Under the pieces are notes generated by a model. That model saw only the letters and a program-made list of their open reading frames with translations. It was not told the origin of the DNA and did not search any database. From contig OX597816.1 in the NCBI GenBank assembly GCA_951406725.2, positions 136,400,001 through 136,464,000 of the forward strand: 64,000 nucleotides of DNA, read 5' to 3'. This DNA comes from Octopus vulgaris. Lineage: Eukaryota. Shown one piece after another: positions 53,101 to 64,000 of the stretch (its first letter is position 1; each line of letters begins with the position of its first letter). Position numbers and translations under genes: made by a program.

Positions 53101-56100
53101 TTGTTAGAATATTAAATTTAAAACCTTCTCAATTTATATTTGACATGTAGAATTAAGAATTCTGTCAATGGTTTATTTCCAGATCAAATTGATGAAAACT
53201 TAAAGCAGGCTCTACAAGAAGACTTAGATCAACTGGCTGAGGGTCTCTTGGTTCAAGCTGTTCGAGTAACCAAGCCAAAAATACCTGAAAGTATTCGACG
53301 TAACTATGAAGCAATGTAAATATATTGTTCAGTTGAATATAATCTATAAATGTGGGTGAATTAATCTTAGTAATGTGATTATGAAATAAAGAATTTCACT
53401 AAGTTCTGGATTTTCTATATCCAATAATTTTTAGTGTTTATAGCCATAAACTTTATCCACAAACTTGTTAGTAATTCAATTTGGCTTCCTCAAGTAAAAA
53501 GCAGGTAACATCTCGGTATAATGAAATATAATGAAAGATTGATACTCCCGAAGCTTTTGTTAAACAGCCAAATTGTCTGTAGCATATTTCAGAAATGTTT
53601 ACTAAAGGGCAATGGTCTTATTTTTGGAAAGCTAACAAAACAAACAAAAAACAAACAAAAAACCCACAACTGTTTGCAAACTTTACCTTACTGTAGAATT
53701 GTATTGTTCCTCTCATCTACAAATGTTGAACATCCTCGCCTGAATTATACCCTGAATATCACTTCTTCAAACCTCTCACAGATGACAGAATCAACAGAGA
53801 TTTAGTAGAAGAAATCTACAGTAGAGAATAGAATTTAAAAATTAGTGATGATGATGAGGAATCTACTTCTCTGTTGAATTTGTAGCAGTGCTCTTCTATG
53901 ATAAAATGGTGTGTGTAAGAGAAAGTGAAACTTCTCTTTTAAATTGTCTCAGTAAATCATTATTTGGAAAAGATAAGTGCTACACTTGTGTTCTGACTAT
54001 AATAATAATAATAATAATAATAATGAACTTATTGTATACAGTGCTCAGGTGCACTACAACTCATCAGAAAAGGTAACCAAAACTGCATGAACAGTATATA
54101 GAATATGCACAGGAAATCAACAATAAATAAGGCTACAAAAATAAAAAATCCAGCAACACTTTATCATTTTGACTGTATTTCATCTGTAGACACTAATGTA
54201 TTTGAAGGGGACTCTAAAGTTATTAAACATTTCTTTCCATCAGTTAGAATCGATATGTGGTATAAATTATATTTGAGTCAATTAATTTAATCTGTGCTTT
54301 TTCCAGGGAAGCAGAAAAGACTAAACTTCTAATTTTTCAAGCACGACAAAAGGTAGTTGAAAAGGAGGCTGAAACAGAAAGAAAAAAGGCTGTTATTGGT
54401 AAATATAATTTTTTGAAGCAACTTTTAATTTGTACTGTCATGTGTATCCCTGTTTTTAAAATAGTTATATGATATACTTGCATATTGTAAGATGTGATTA
54501 AAGTAGTTAGTATAGAAGAGTATCAGATCATATACATTGCATTGAAATGTCCTCTCCAGTAGCTAGAATGAAAAAGTAGATGTAAGACAGATGATAATGG
54601 TGGTGATGGTGCTTGTAGCTATACTTGTAACATTTTAGTAATTTTGATGCAAATCCTAAGTTAAAGAATCTCTTGTGACAAGTTTAGATGTTCTATTCAG
54701 CTTTCTAGTTATTAACTGTAGTCTAAAATTGAAGTGTTAAAGTTACATCTGACTCTTAATTGTACCAGCACATCAGATAAAATGCTTAGCCATCATTTCT
54801 TCCAGCATTTTATGTTCTGAGTTCAAATTCTACTGAGGTTGATTTTGCTGTTCAACATTTTAGGATTGATAAAATAAGTACCAGTTGAGCACTGGCATTC
54901 ATTGTAATGGATTAACCCCATTTCATAAAATATTGGCCTTGTGCCAAAATTTGAAACCATTACTCCAATTGGCTCTTTCTCAAACTGGCAGTATCCGACC
55001 TAAATATTCTCCCTGTTTTTATGTTCAAACCAACTAAATGCAACCTCTCACACCTATCCTACAAGGTCCTTCTAAAAGTAAGCACTGACATCATGAAAAT
55101 CTCTAAGCTACAAGATGATGCATGATTAATTCAAAACAATGTGAATAAGTAAGCATTACATTTTACAGAAATCTGAATGCTAAAGGGTTAAAAAAAGCCC
55201 TATTTTAATAGCGTTTCACTGATTTGATATCTGTATAACTGATACTTAGGGTGACTGACTTGATTTTATAGCACCTACATCGTGATTGATTGATTTGGTG
55301 ACTACATAACTAGTACTTACTAAATAATTGAATTGATTATGTAACTAGTACTTTGACGGATTGTCTTGCTGTCTCATCATCTTTCTCAATCAAAGCCGGA
55401 ATACTGCAGGGAGACACACTCGCCCCATTTCTTTTCATCATTGTTGTTGATTATGTGCTACGTATGTCAGTTGATACCATCTCTGGCAAGGGCTTTGAAA
55501 TAAAACCAAGAAGAAGTTCCAGACACCCAGCTGAGTACTTGACAGACACTGACTTTGCTGACAACATCGCTCTTATCAGTGATTCTCTCTCCAATGCCCA
55601 GTCTCTTTTACAATCTCTTGAACAAGCCTCAAATTGTGTAGGTCTTTACCTCAATGAGACCAAAACTGAATACATAAACAAGTGCCTGTCCAACAGTGAT
55701 TGCATCATCCACACTCTCAACAGTGCGCCTTTAAATATGGTTTCTGATTATAAATATCTTGGGTCATACATATCATCATCTGGAAAAGACTTTCTAACTA
55801 GAAAGGGTATGGCCTGGTCAGCCTGTAATGACATGCATAAGATCTGGTCATCAAATCTAAGTAGAGATTTCAAACTTGAAATATTCAAAGCCACAGTCGA
55901 ACCAATTCTACTATATGGCTCAGAAACCTGGACGTTATCAAAGAAGCTTGAGAGGCGGTTGGATGGAACCTACACTCGCCTCCTTATGAGAGCTCAAAAT
56001 CTCTCGTGGAAGCGCCATCCAACCAAAATGCAAATATATGGGAAATTACCACCTGTGTCATCTCTTGTGAAAGGTAGGAGAGTCCAGTTTGCTGGACATT

Positions 56101-58624
56101 GTTGTAGAGCTGAAAAAGAAGTAATTTCTACTCTTCTCCTCTGGAAGCCATCTACTCACAATACCAGAGGGCGCACACTCTCCTACCCTGATGTAATCTC
56201 CAGGGATACAGGCATCCAGCAACAGGACCTCCGTAACGCTATGATGGACCGTGAAGTCTGGCGTAACATAGTAAATTCCATTGTCTCGACCACGGTCGAA
56301 CAATGATGATGATGAAGATCCATTCAGTGACTCACTTGATAACTTTAGTAGTTGGTCGATTGGCTTGGTGACTGTTACTGTTAATTCCTGATAGATTGTC
56401 TTGATTGCTGTATAACTGGTGTTTCCTGTGTAAGTGACTTCGTCTCTATATAACACCTACACATTAAGTGATTGACTTGGTTACTGGATAACTAGGTAAC
56501 TGACTTGACTGTATAACTGTTATGATTGCCTTGTTATCTATAGGACTGGTACTCATTTCCCTGACTACAACAGTCTGGTACTTTCTGACAGATTGAATTG
56601 ATTGAGACCTTTGATGATTTGCCGTGCTTGAGAAGACATGTCAAGCCAAGTGAAATTGTAGTTGTGGCCAGTGCTGGTGACATGTTTGAAGTGGGTGGCA
56701 TTAGGAAGGGCATCCAGCTGTAGAAACCAAGCCAAAGCAGACTGGAGCCTGGTGCAGCTCTCTGGCTTACCAGTTCCAGTCAAATCATCTAACCCATGCC
56801 AACATGGAAAATGGATGCTAAATGATGATGATAACTGGTATTCACTAAGTGAATGACTTGACTGTACAATAATTAATTAACTAGGTGATTGAGTTTAGGT
56901 CTATATTACACTGTGTAATTGACTTGATGACTGTGTAACTGCTATTTTCTGTGTGATTGACTTATGCACTAAAAGCATAACTTTTATAGAAATACTTATA
57001 TTTGTTTTCATCAAAGATTTAAAAATATTTTTTTATTTTCATTTAGAGGCTGAAAAATCTCAGATGGTTGCAAAAATTACCTGGGAGCAAAAAATAATGG
57101 AAAAAGAATCAGAACAAAAAATAGCAGCCATAGAATGTAAATATATTCTAGTTTTCCATTTTCTCTCACATAACTGTCTTTTGAATCTATGTTTTCTTAT
57201 TACTTATTCTATGGTTGACATTTTCTCTCTTTTTCCATTTTTGTCTTGTAAATATTTTTCAAATTAGCAATATTACTCAAGTTACGCCATTCTTCTCCTT
57301 GACAGTGGAACACTCACTTTTGAGGGACAGCTTTAGTTGATTTAGAAATTTTAGTAAAAATAATTCTTTCAAATAACAGTGGAGTTGTATTTTAATTAAT
57401 GGGTATTTTAAGATTTAGACGTGACTGTGTGGTAAGAAGCTTGTTTCCCAACCCCATTGTTCCAGGTCCAGTCTCACTGCATGGCACCTTGGGCAAGTGT
57501 CTTTTACTATAACCTTGAGCCAATTGTAGCCTTGTGAGTGGATTTGGTAGACAGAAACTGAAAGAAGCCTGTGTGTGTTCATCTCCCACCACCACTTGCC
57601 AACCAATGCAGGTGTGTTGTTTATGTCCTCTTAACTTAGCAGTTCAGCAAAAGAACTGATAGAATAAGTACCAGGCTTAAATAAAAAACAAGTACTGGGG
57701 GTCAATTCATTTGACTAAAAATTCTCCACGGCAGTGCCCCAGCATGGCCACAGTCTAATGACTGAGACATGTTAAAGATAGTTTATATTTAAATATTATT
57801 CTCTTGGTATTTCTTTAATAACTCCAAGAAACATGGTCAGCATATTTCAGACCATTGCAGTCTATTATTTCACTTAAGTAGTTCTGTGTAAATTGTGCTA
57901 GTAACAATATTACTGAAATATTTAGTGAAAATGAACTGGAAATGGAAGAAAAAAATAAATTAATTATATTTCTCTAAGTTCAAATCTCAATCAGTGCCAT
58001 TTTTACCTGTCAATAAAATAAGTATTGGGGATGACATAATCTATATAATCGAGATGGTAGTGCCACAGTCTGTAAGTAATTCTTTTTTTGGATAAGTGGA
58101 TCTCGTACATGGTCATGTGGGACACAGCATTATCAGTGTGGATGCATTGTTTTGTCTTTTTTAGTTTGAATATATCTAAATGGAAAGCTCTGTTGACTGT
58201 AGTAGCAGAAATAGACAAAGCAAGCTCAGTTAGTACATGCTAATCTTGATTTACTGAAACACTGAATTAATTACAAATACATCAGTTGATATTACAGTTA
58301 AATGATTGTATTTGAGTTTTTGTTTATAATGTATGTTCCATCTGTGTGTGTATAAATTAATAAATAAAACATATGCATATATACATACATATATGTACAT
58401 ACCTACCTCTACATGTTTAAAAGAAATGTCCATTTCCTTGGTTTTGTGTTTATGTTTTCGTTTCTCATTGTGTTGGACATTTTTTTTGGTGTCCTGTACC
58501 CATATATACATGTATATATACATGTAGAGGTAGGTACGTACATATATGTATGTATATATGCATATGTTTTATTTATTAATTTATCATATGACGGAACGCA
58601 CGCATCCATTTCTAAGTAAGATTG

Positions 58625-58686
<62 letters not shown>

Positions 58687-59340
58687 CTTATTGTATACAG
58701 TGCTCAAAGTAACCCAAACTGCATGAACAAGTACATAGAATATGCACATGAAGCAAACAGTAAAAAAAGTCTAAAGAAAAATAAAAGAATTTTTTAAAAA
58801 GGGATGAAGAAGAAATGGGGGTGTCAGGTGTACTGTTGGCAAAATTCAGGAAGCATGGAAATTTTAAAGGATCTAGTGTCTCAACAGCTTACAACTGATG
58901 CAGGTAGTTTATTCCACGCTTCAGCAATTCTGAGTGTGAAAAGATGTTTCTGAAAGTCATGGGTGCTGTGTTGTTTTTTGATTTTGTAAGCCTGTCCACA
59001 AGTATTAGACATATGGAATTATCTTTCTTCTGTTTTTCTAACATGATTGTGCTGCTGACATCTTTCTACTAGAAAGGAAGGCCCAGTGACCTTTAGAATA
59101 CATATACCTATCTTTGTCTTTTGAGACTTTCATGGTTTTACAGATTTTTATCACTCTTGTTTTTTTGTACCTCATAAAAATAGCTCCAGTTTTTTTCAAT
59201 GTCTAAGCATTAGCAGTTTCCTAGGGTTTTATCAATTTTTAATTTCATTTTCTTTTACAGCTCTTACACATTTAAATAAAGAAAAACTTCTTGCAGATGC
59301 AGAATACTATAAAGCATTAAAAGAGGCTGAATCAAATGAG
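36980..59340 (+). CDS. ERLIN: Erlin (ER lipid raft-associated protein, SPFH/band 7 family), 3'-partial; join(36980..37070,40592..40614,46811..46891,47899..47945,49509..49570,51102..51227,53183..53315,54307..54398,57047..57136,59261..59340)
   Basis: Spliced translation contains erlin signatures [115 protein letters not shown] and [21 protein letters not shown]; all introns are GT-AG and phase-consistent (825 nt). Confidence 0.97.
38666..38965 (-). mobile_element. Young tRNA-derived SINE
   Basis: Head gtggaggcacatagcctagtggttagagcagcggactcgcgg..ggttcgaatc; 13-bp TSD agtgtctggctgt. Confidence 0.85.
39940..40175 (+). mobile_element. RTE-type LINE 3' remnant
   Basis: Reads [31 protein letters not shown], an RTE C-terminal GRP..W motif. 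Confidence 0.6.
40592..40614 (+). CDS. ERLIN: Erlin 23-nt microexon
   Basis: ttgcag|GHVGVYYR|gtaagt. Confidence 0.92.
46811..46891 (+). CDS. ERLIN: Erlin exon
   Basis: [27 protein letters not shown]. Confidence 0.95.
47474..47741. repeat. 30-bp minisatellite (~9 copies) inside an RTE-type LINE C-terminus on the minus strand
   Basis: Unit ccagtcacgtcgagcctccggagatctcgt; minus strand reads [15 protein letters not shown]([10 protein letters not shown])n. Confidence 0.9.
47899..47945 (+). CDS. ERLIN: Erlin exon
   Basis: [15 protein letters not shown](S). Confidence 0.95.
49509..49570 (+). CDS. ERLIN: Erlin exon
   Basis: [20 protein letters not shown]. Confidence 0.95.
49985..50159. mobile_element. 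Tc1/mariner-pogo-type MITE
   Basis: ccgtacttactcatatataag / cttatacacaagtaaatatgg inverted termini. Confidence 0.55.
51102..51227 (+). CDS. ERLIN: Erlin exon
   Basis: [42 protein letters not shown]; conserved NYT sequon. Confidence 0.95.
51370..51660. mobile_element. piggyBac-like MITE (third family)
   Basis: ttagcacattaactgccat ... atggcagttaatgtgttaa. Confidence 0.55.
53183..53315 (+). CDS. ERLIN: Erlin exon
   Basis: [44 protein letters not shown](M). Confidence 0.95.
54307..54398 (+). CDS. ERLIN: Erlin exon
   Basis: [30 protein letters not shown]. Confidence 0.95.
55372..56318 (+). mobile_element. 5'-truncated non-LTR retrotransposon (RTE-like) reverse transcriptase C-terminus, in erlin intron
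   Basis: [43 protein letters not shown]; uninterrupted frame; (gat)n tail after the stop. Confidence 0.92.
57047..57136 (+). CDS. ERLIN: Erlin exon
   Basis: [30 protein letters not shown]. Confidence 0.93.
59261..59340 (+). CDS. ERLIN: Erlin exon
   Basis: [27 protein letters not shown]|gtaata. Confidence 0.9.
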
Positions 59341-60014
59341 GTAATAAATTAAGGAAAATTTGTAGTTGGTGAAAACCAGCAATGTATTGTGTTTTTAGTA
59401 GTTTAATGTGAAATGAATGATGTAAGAAGCAGATGATTGGCAGAATTTTCTAATATTCCTAGAAGACAAAATTTTGCAAAGACTAAAAAGCTGTTTAGTA
59501 AAAGGTTTAAACTGAAGAATTATAGAAGTCTGAGATGACTTGCTGATGTCAGCCTTGCTATTTCTCATTATGTGTTGGGAGACTTAAGGCAGCAAGCTGG
59601 CAGAACCATTAGCATGCTGGACAAAATGTTTTGTGGCATTTCATCTGTCTTTATGCTCTAAATTCAAATTCTGCTAAGCTTTGCTTTTCATCCTTTTGGG
59701 GGTCAATAAAATAACTACAAGTTGAGCACTGGGGTTGTTATCAACTTACCCCTCCCCCAACCTTGCTGGCCTTGTGTCAAAATTTGAAACCATTATGTAT
59801 TAGGAAACTAACCAGGGATGTATATTCCAGGTTTTCTAGGTGTGCGCTGCACGCCCGTTGAAACTGGCAAATTCATTATAAATATTAACCTCACTCATTA
59901 ATTTAATCACAAATCTTAATGAAAAACTTTTGTTATACCCCTGCTTGAAATTAGGTGGTATTGGGTGTGGCAGCACACCCAATACAATAACCACCATACA
60001 CCACTGGAACTAAT

Positions 60015-60181
60015 CACTAGCGTAGTTAGAATGAGTGCCACCCAAGGCGGCCCTTCCATTTGCTGCCCTCAGACCCCACAAAAAACACATAATGCCTACA
60101 GCAGACCCGTGGTGCTCTTTAAAAGTGCCACCCAGGGTGGACCGCCCCTACTACCTGCCCCTTCCCCCAGCTATGCTAGTG
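60015..60181. mobile_element. MITE with 8-bp TSD, abutting a second MITE (59813..60006)
   Basis: TIR cactagcgtag/ctatgctagtg; TSD gaactaat (60007-60014, 60182-60189). Confidence 0.8.
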
Positions 60182-63100
60182 GAACTAATTCAATGTATAT
60201 TTCTTAATTCTAGCCAGAAGTGGCTAATAACAGTACATTGTTTGGTGTGAAATAATTCTTCTTAATGTAAGTCTTGTGGCATTGTAACAAAAATAATTTA
60301 TTGCTCCTTTATCTAAAATGAATGTGTAATATTTTGTTTTCCTTTCAGCTAAATAATTTTGTTTTATTTTATTGCATTTATTTGTGATATTTGTAGTTGA
60401 AATTAACTGATCGGTATCTGGAACTATTGAAATACCAAGCATTATCGAAAAATAGCAAAATATTTTTTGGCAACAGTATTCCAAACTTTTTTTCTGAATT
60501 TCCATCGTTCCAAAATCGAGCTGAAGTGAAAACATCTACAACTAAAACATCATGAAAGTGTAAGTAATAATTTTAATCTCTTTTTTACTTGTGTCAGTCA
60601 TTTGACTGTGGCCATGAAGATGAAGGGTTTTAGTCAAGGAAATCAAGCCCAGTAATTATTTTTTTTAAGCCTTGTACTTATTCTATCAGTCTTTTTTGCT
60701 GAACTGCTAAGTTATAGGGACATAAACACACCAACACCAGATGTCAAGTGGTGGTGGAGGACAGACACGTACACACATGCAACGGGCTTTTTTTAGTTTC
60801 TGTCTACCAAATCCACTCACAAGGGTTTTGTTGGTCCAAGGCTACAATAGAAGACACTTTGCCAAGATGTTGTGCAGTGGGACTGAACGAAGAACAATGT
60901 GGTTGAGAAGCAAGCTTTTTACTACACAGCCACGCCTGTGCCTATACTGTACATGATTAAAATATATACCAGTTTAGTGCAGTATTACATGTTTTAAGTA
61001 CAAAAAGACCTCCCACCATCCCACATGCACACTCTCAAACGGAAGCAGAGGTAATGAGCTTAGGGTAGTGAAATATGAATGCAAAAGTGAAGTATGATCT
61101 GTTGGTGTTTTAGTTTCATAAATGGACAAAGTTGAAGTGAGTTTATCAATTAACTATGCTGATACAAAGATGTAAGTAATAGAGATTTGTAACTATTAAA
61201 ATGGTGAGTTTCAGTATTGGTAGACTAATATACGAAATACCTTGTAACATTCCCTTTGTGTTTTTGTTTCAAATCCTGACAGGATCAACATTGCCCTCTT
61301 TCTTTCTGCTAAAAACCTCTTTAGATATTCCTGGTACTCAAATGAACTGGATGTCTCCAATAATGTGTGCCCTACTTTTGAAGTTAAAATTAATTGGTAC
61401 TAATTGGTAGAACTCCAAATAAAATATCTTGTATTTTGTTAACATTGTATTGCATTCTGGGTTTGACTTAGCCTTTCACACTTCCTGGGTTGATTAACCC
61501 TTTAGCTTGAGATTACTCTGTCAAATGTAATGCTTATTTATCTACTTTGTTTTGAATTAATCCTGTATTATCTTGTGTCTTTGAGATTTCAATGATGTGA
61601 TTACTTATTTTCAGAATAACATTGTAGAGTAGGTGTGAGAGACAGGATATAGCCAGTTTGAACATAAAACATGCAGGATATTAGGGCCAGATATGGCCTG
61701 TTTAAATGCTTAAGTGTTAAATAGTTACCTGACAAATACTAAGATCAATATAATTAAAAATAATCCCCCCCCCCCGCCAAACTTCTGCTTGTGTTAAAAA
61801 TTATCATTATTATTTGTTTTCAGGTTCACATATCAAATTCCAAAGTAGGAGAATGCCTGCTAAGCTGACAATTTATTGAGAGAGAATCCCTGCTCAATCT
61901 AAATTATAAAATCAAAGAAGAAGGAAAAAAAAGCATTTTTTTTTTGTACTTAACATTTATCAGAATGAGTGGATTGAAAATGTGTTAGAAAACAATGATA
62001 AAAGTCTTTTAATTAAAAGTTATATGGCTGTGGATTTTGGAAAGAACATCTTAATGAAAGGATATTTTGTTTCTGTAAGAAAATGTTTGAAAAGCAAGTC
62101 CTTGTTGAGTTCAGCTTTAGAACTCTGAGTGATTGTCAAGTACACTTAACTTGTTTATCTTTCATTTCTTCAGCATTTCTCATTTTAAAACTTCTTTCCT
62201 TTTTTGCTTATCAACAAAACTAACATTTTGTCATTCCTAACATTTTGAAATAACACTTGATAATGGGTTCTGAATATTAATATTTTTTTCTTTGTTACTC
62301 TTGTACTCTTCGTCTTCTATGGTATTGTTCAAACTGTGCTATTGTAATGTTTTTACATTTATGTTCCTGATAAATTGATTTTTTTTAAATACATTAAATG
62401 GTATTTTGTGTTAAATTTAATAAGTTATGCTGTGGATTCTCCATTTAAAAGAGGAATGGTACTCTGTCAATTTGATGAGAAAACTCTCTCTCTCTTTTCT
62501 CTCTTTTTCAAATTGACAGATGCCTACATTGAAGCTAAAATATGTTCAACAAGTTGTCTACTAAATATGTTCATCTTTTTATATTTTTCCTTCAGTTTCA
62601 TAATTTCAAATAAAAAAACCCAACATTTAAAAAAATTTGTTGTTATTACTGAGATTATTCATTCATCTTCCTCTGGTAGGCACATACTTAACTCTATTTT
62701 CAACTCCATTTAAAGAAATTATTTTAGATTTGAGCAGTTCATCTTTATCATGATGCTGTCTTATTTTCCCATACTTGCATGCTCTGAAGGGGTTGAACTG
62801 GTCTTATTCAGCAAATTACCTTACTTTGTGTTTCTATGCATTGTAATTTTTGTGAGATTCAGCCTCTTGAAAATTCTTTTTGTCTTGCTCAGTTTTCTTC
62901 TTCCATTAGTTCCTTCTGCTTAGATTGCTTAGCACATTTTTTTACCTAATTGTCATCTGCCATGCACATCATGTGTCTGCACCAGCTCAAGCTTCTCTCT
63001 TACATATTGCATTGATATGGTATTTTCTGGCATACAATTCGACCTAGTGTATAGTGTAAACATGTATAAACATTGCCTCCCTCTTTCCAAATCCTGTTGC

Positions 63101-63479
63101 ATTTCACATGGACATTTTGGTCCTCCAGAGTTATCTTAGTCTGTCAGTTGACCTACCTTTTTTAGCTGTAAAGTTTAATCTGATATATTTTATACCCAGT
63201 TTTTTCTCTTGACTTATTTTTTCTCCATTGTTGATGCACACTAATTTTAACATTCAGATTACTATGTCAAACATAATGCTTATTTATTCACATTGTTTTG
63301 AATTAATCCCGCACTATTTCATAGTTTTGAGATTTCAATGGTGTGATTGTTTATTTTTAAAATGGCATTGTAGGGTAGGTGTGAGTGGCCAGATCTGGCT
63401 GATTTGAAGATAAAACAGGTAGAATATTTTGGTCAGATATTATCTGTTTAAATGCTAAAGGATTAAACATCCAGCAGAA

Positions 63480-63900
63480 CATGCTTGCCTCATTTGCTTT
63501 TCAGCCTTCATATAGCTTTCTCATCCAATGCCCCTGTTTTCTGCCATGCATTATTGCACTTTTTGTGCAAGCATATAAGTGACCCTTCATTTGGAAAAGG
63601 GGTTTCTTTGTTAAAGTAATAGCTCCTTGAACTTTTTCCACTCTTTTCTTGCCTGTGATTTGAGAACAGCCACCTCTTCTGCTAATTAGATCACTTAAGT
63701 AAAACTCCATTCTGGAGCCTTCGGTGAGTACATTACCACTAACTCCTGTTGTGCATCTGCCACATGCAAAGTATTTCTTCTTTACTTGCATCCCTTGTGC
63801 ACCCATAGTTTTCATTAGATATGAACTTCGCACAAATTCCTTTTCTGCATATCAAGCATAGCCATCTTACTTGCTAACTAAAACTTTCGTCTTGGCTGAG
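63480..63900 (-). pseudogene. Degenerate RTE-type LINE RT C-terminal fragment
   Basis: FYLSDLISRRGGC and MKGHLYACTKSAIMHG resemble the YLG...LYG.E.W region of RTE ORFs. Confidence 0.6.
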
Positions 63901-64000
63901 ATTACTTTGAACTGTTTTAATTCTAGATTTTAATTCCTCACTTGGAATTCTTTCTAAATATTTAATATGAGAACTAGGTTATCAACATTTCTACAAACAT

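Overview
AT-rich, microsatellite- and SINE-dense animal genomic DNA. The repeat complement is typical of a cephalopod, probably Octopus (inference). There are two spliced + strand genes. (1) 981..17538 is an unrecognised single-pass membrane protein of about 398-426 aa that I assembled by hand from 7 phase-compatible exons. It has a juxtamembrane Cys-Cys, a basic cluster, a disordered Tyr-rich tail with four YxN motifs, a GC-AG intron and two tandem-duplicated 84-nt exons. (2) 36980..>59340 is an erlin (SPFH family) gene with 10 coding exons (275 codons) including a 23-nt microexon; its canonical C-terminal exons are not in the window. The rest is transposon debris: Helitron helicase and termini, a Buster/ZBED5-type hAT transposase pseudogene, RTE-type LINE fragments, Penelope-like remnants with hammerhead-ribozyme motifs, hAT/piggyBac/Tc-like MITEs and several SINE families. 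Most ORFs in the supplied track are spurious. Repeat boundaries are read by eye and may be off by a few bases.
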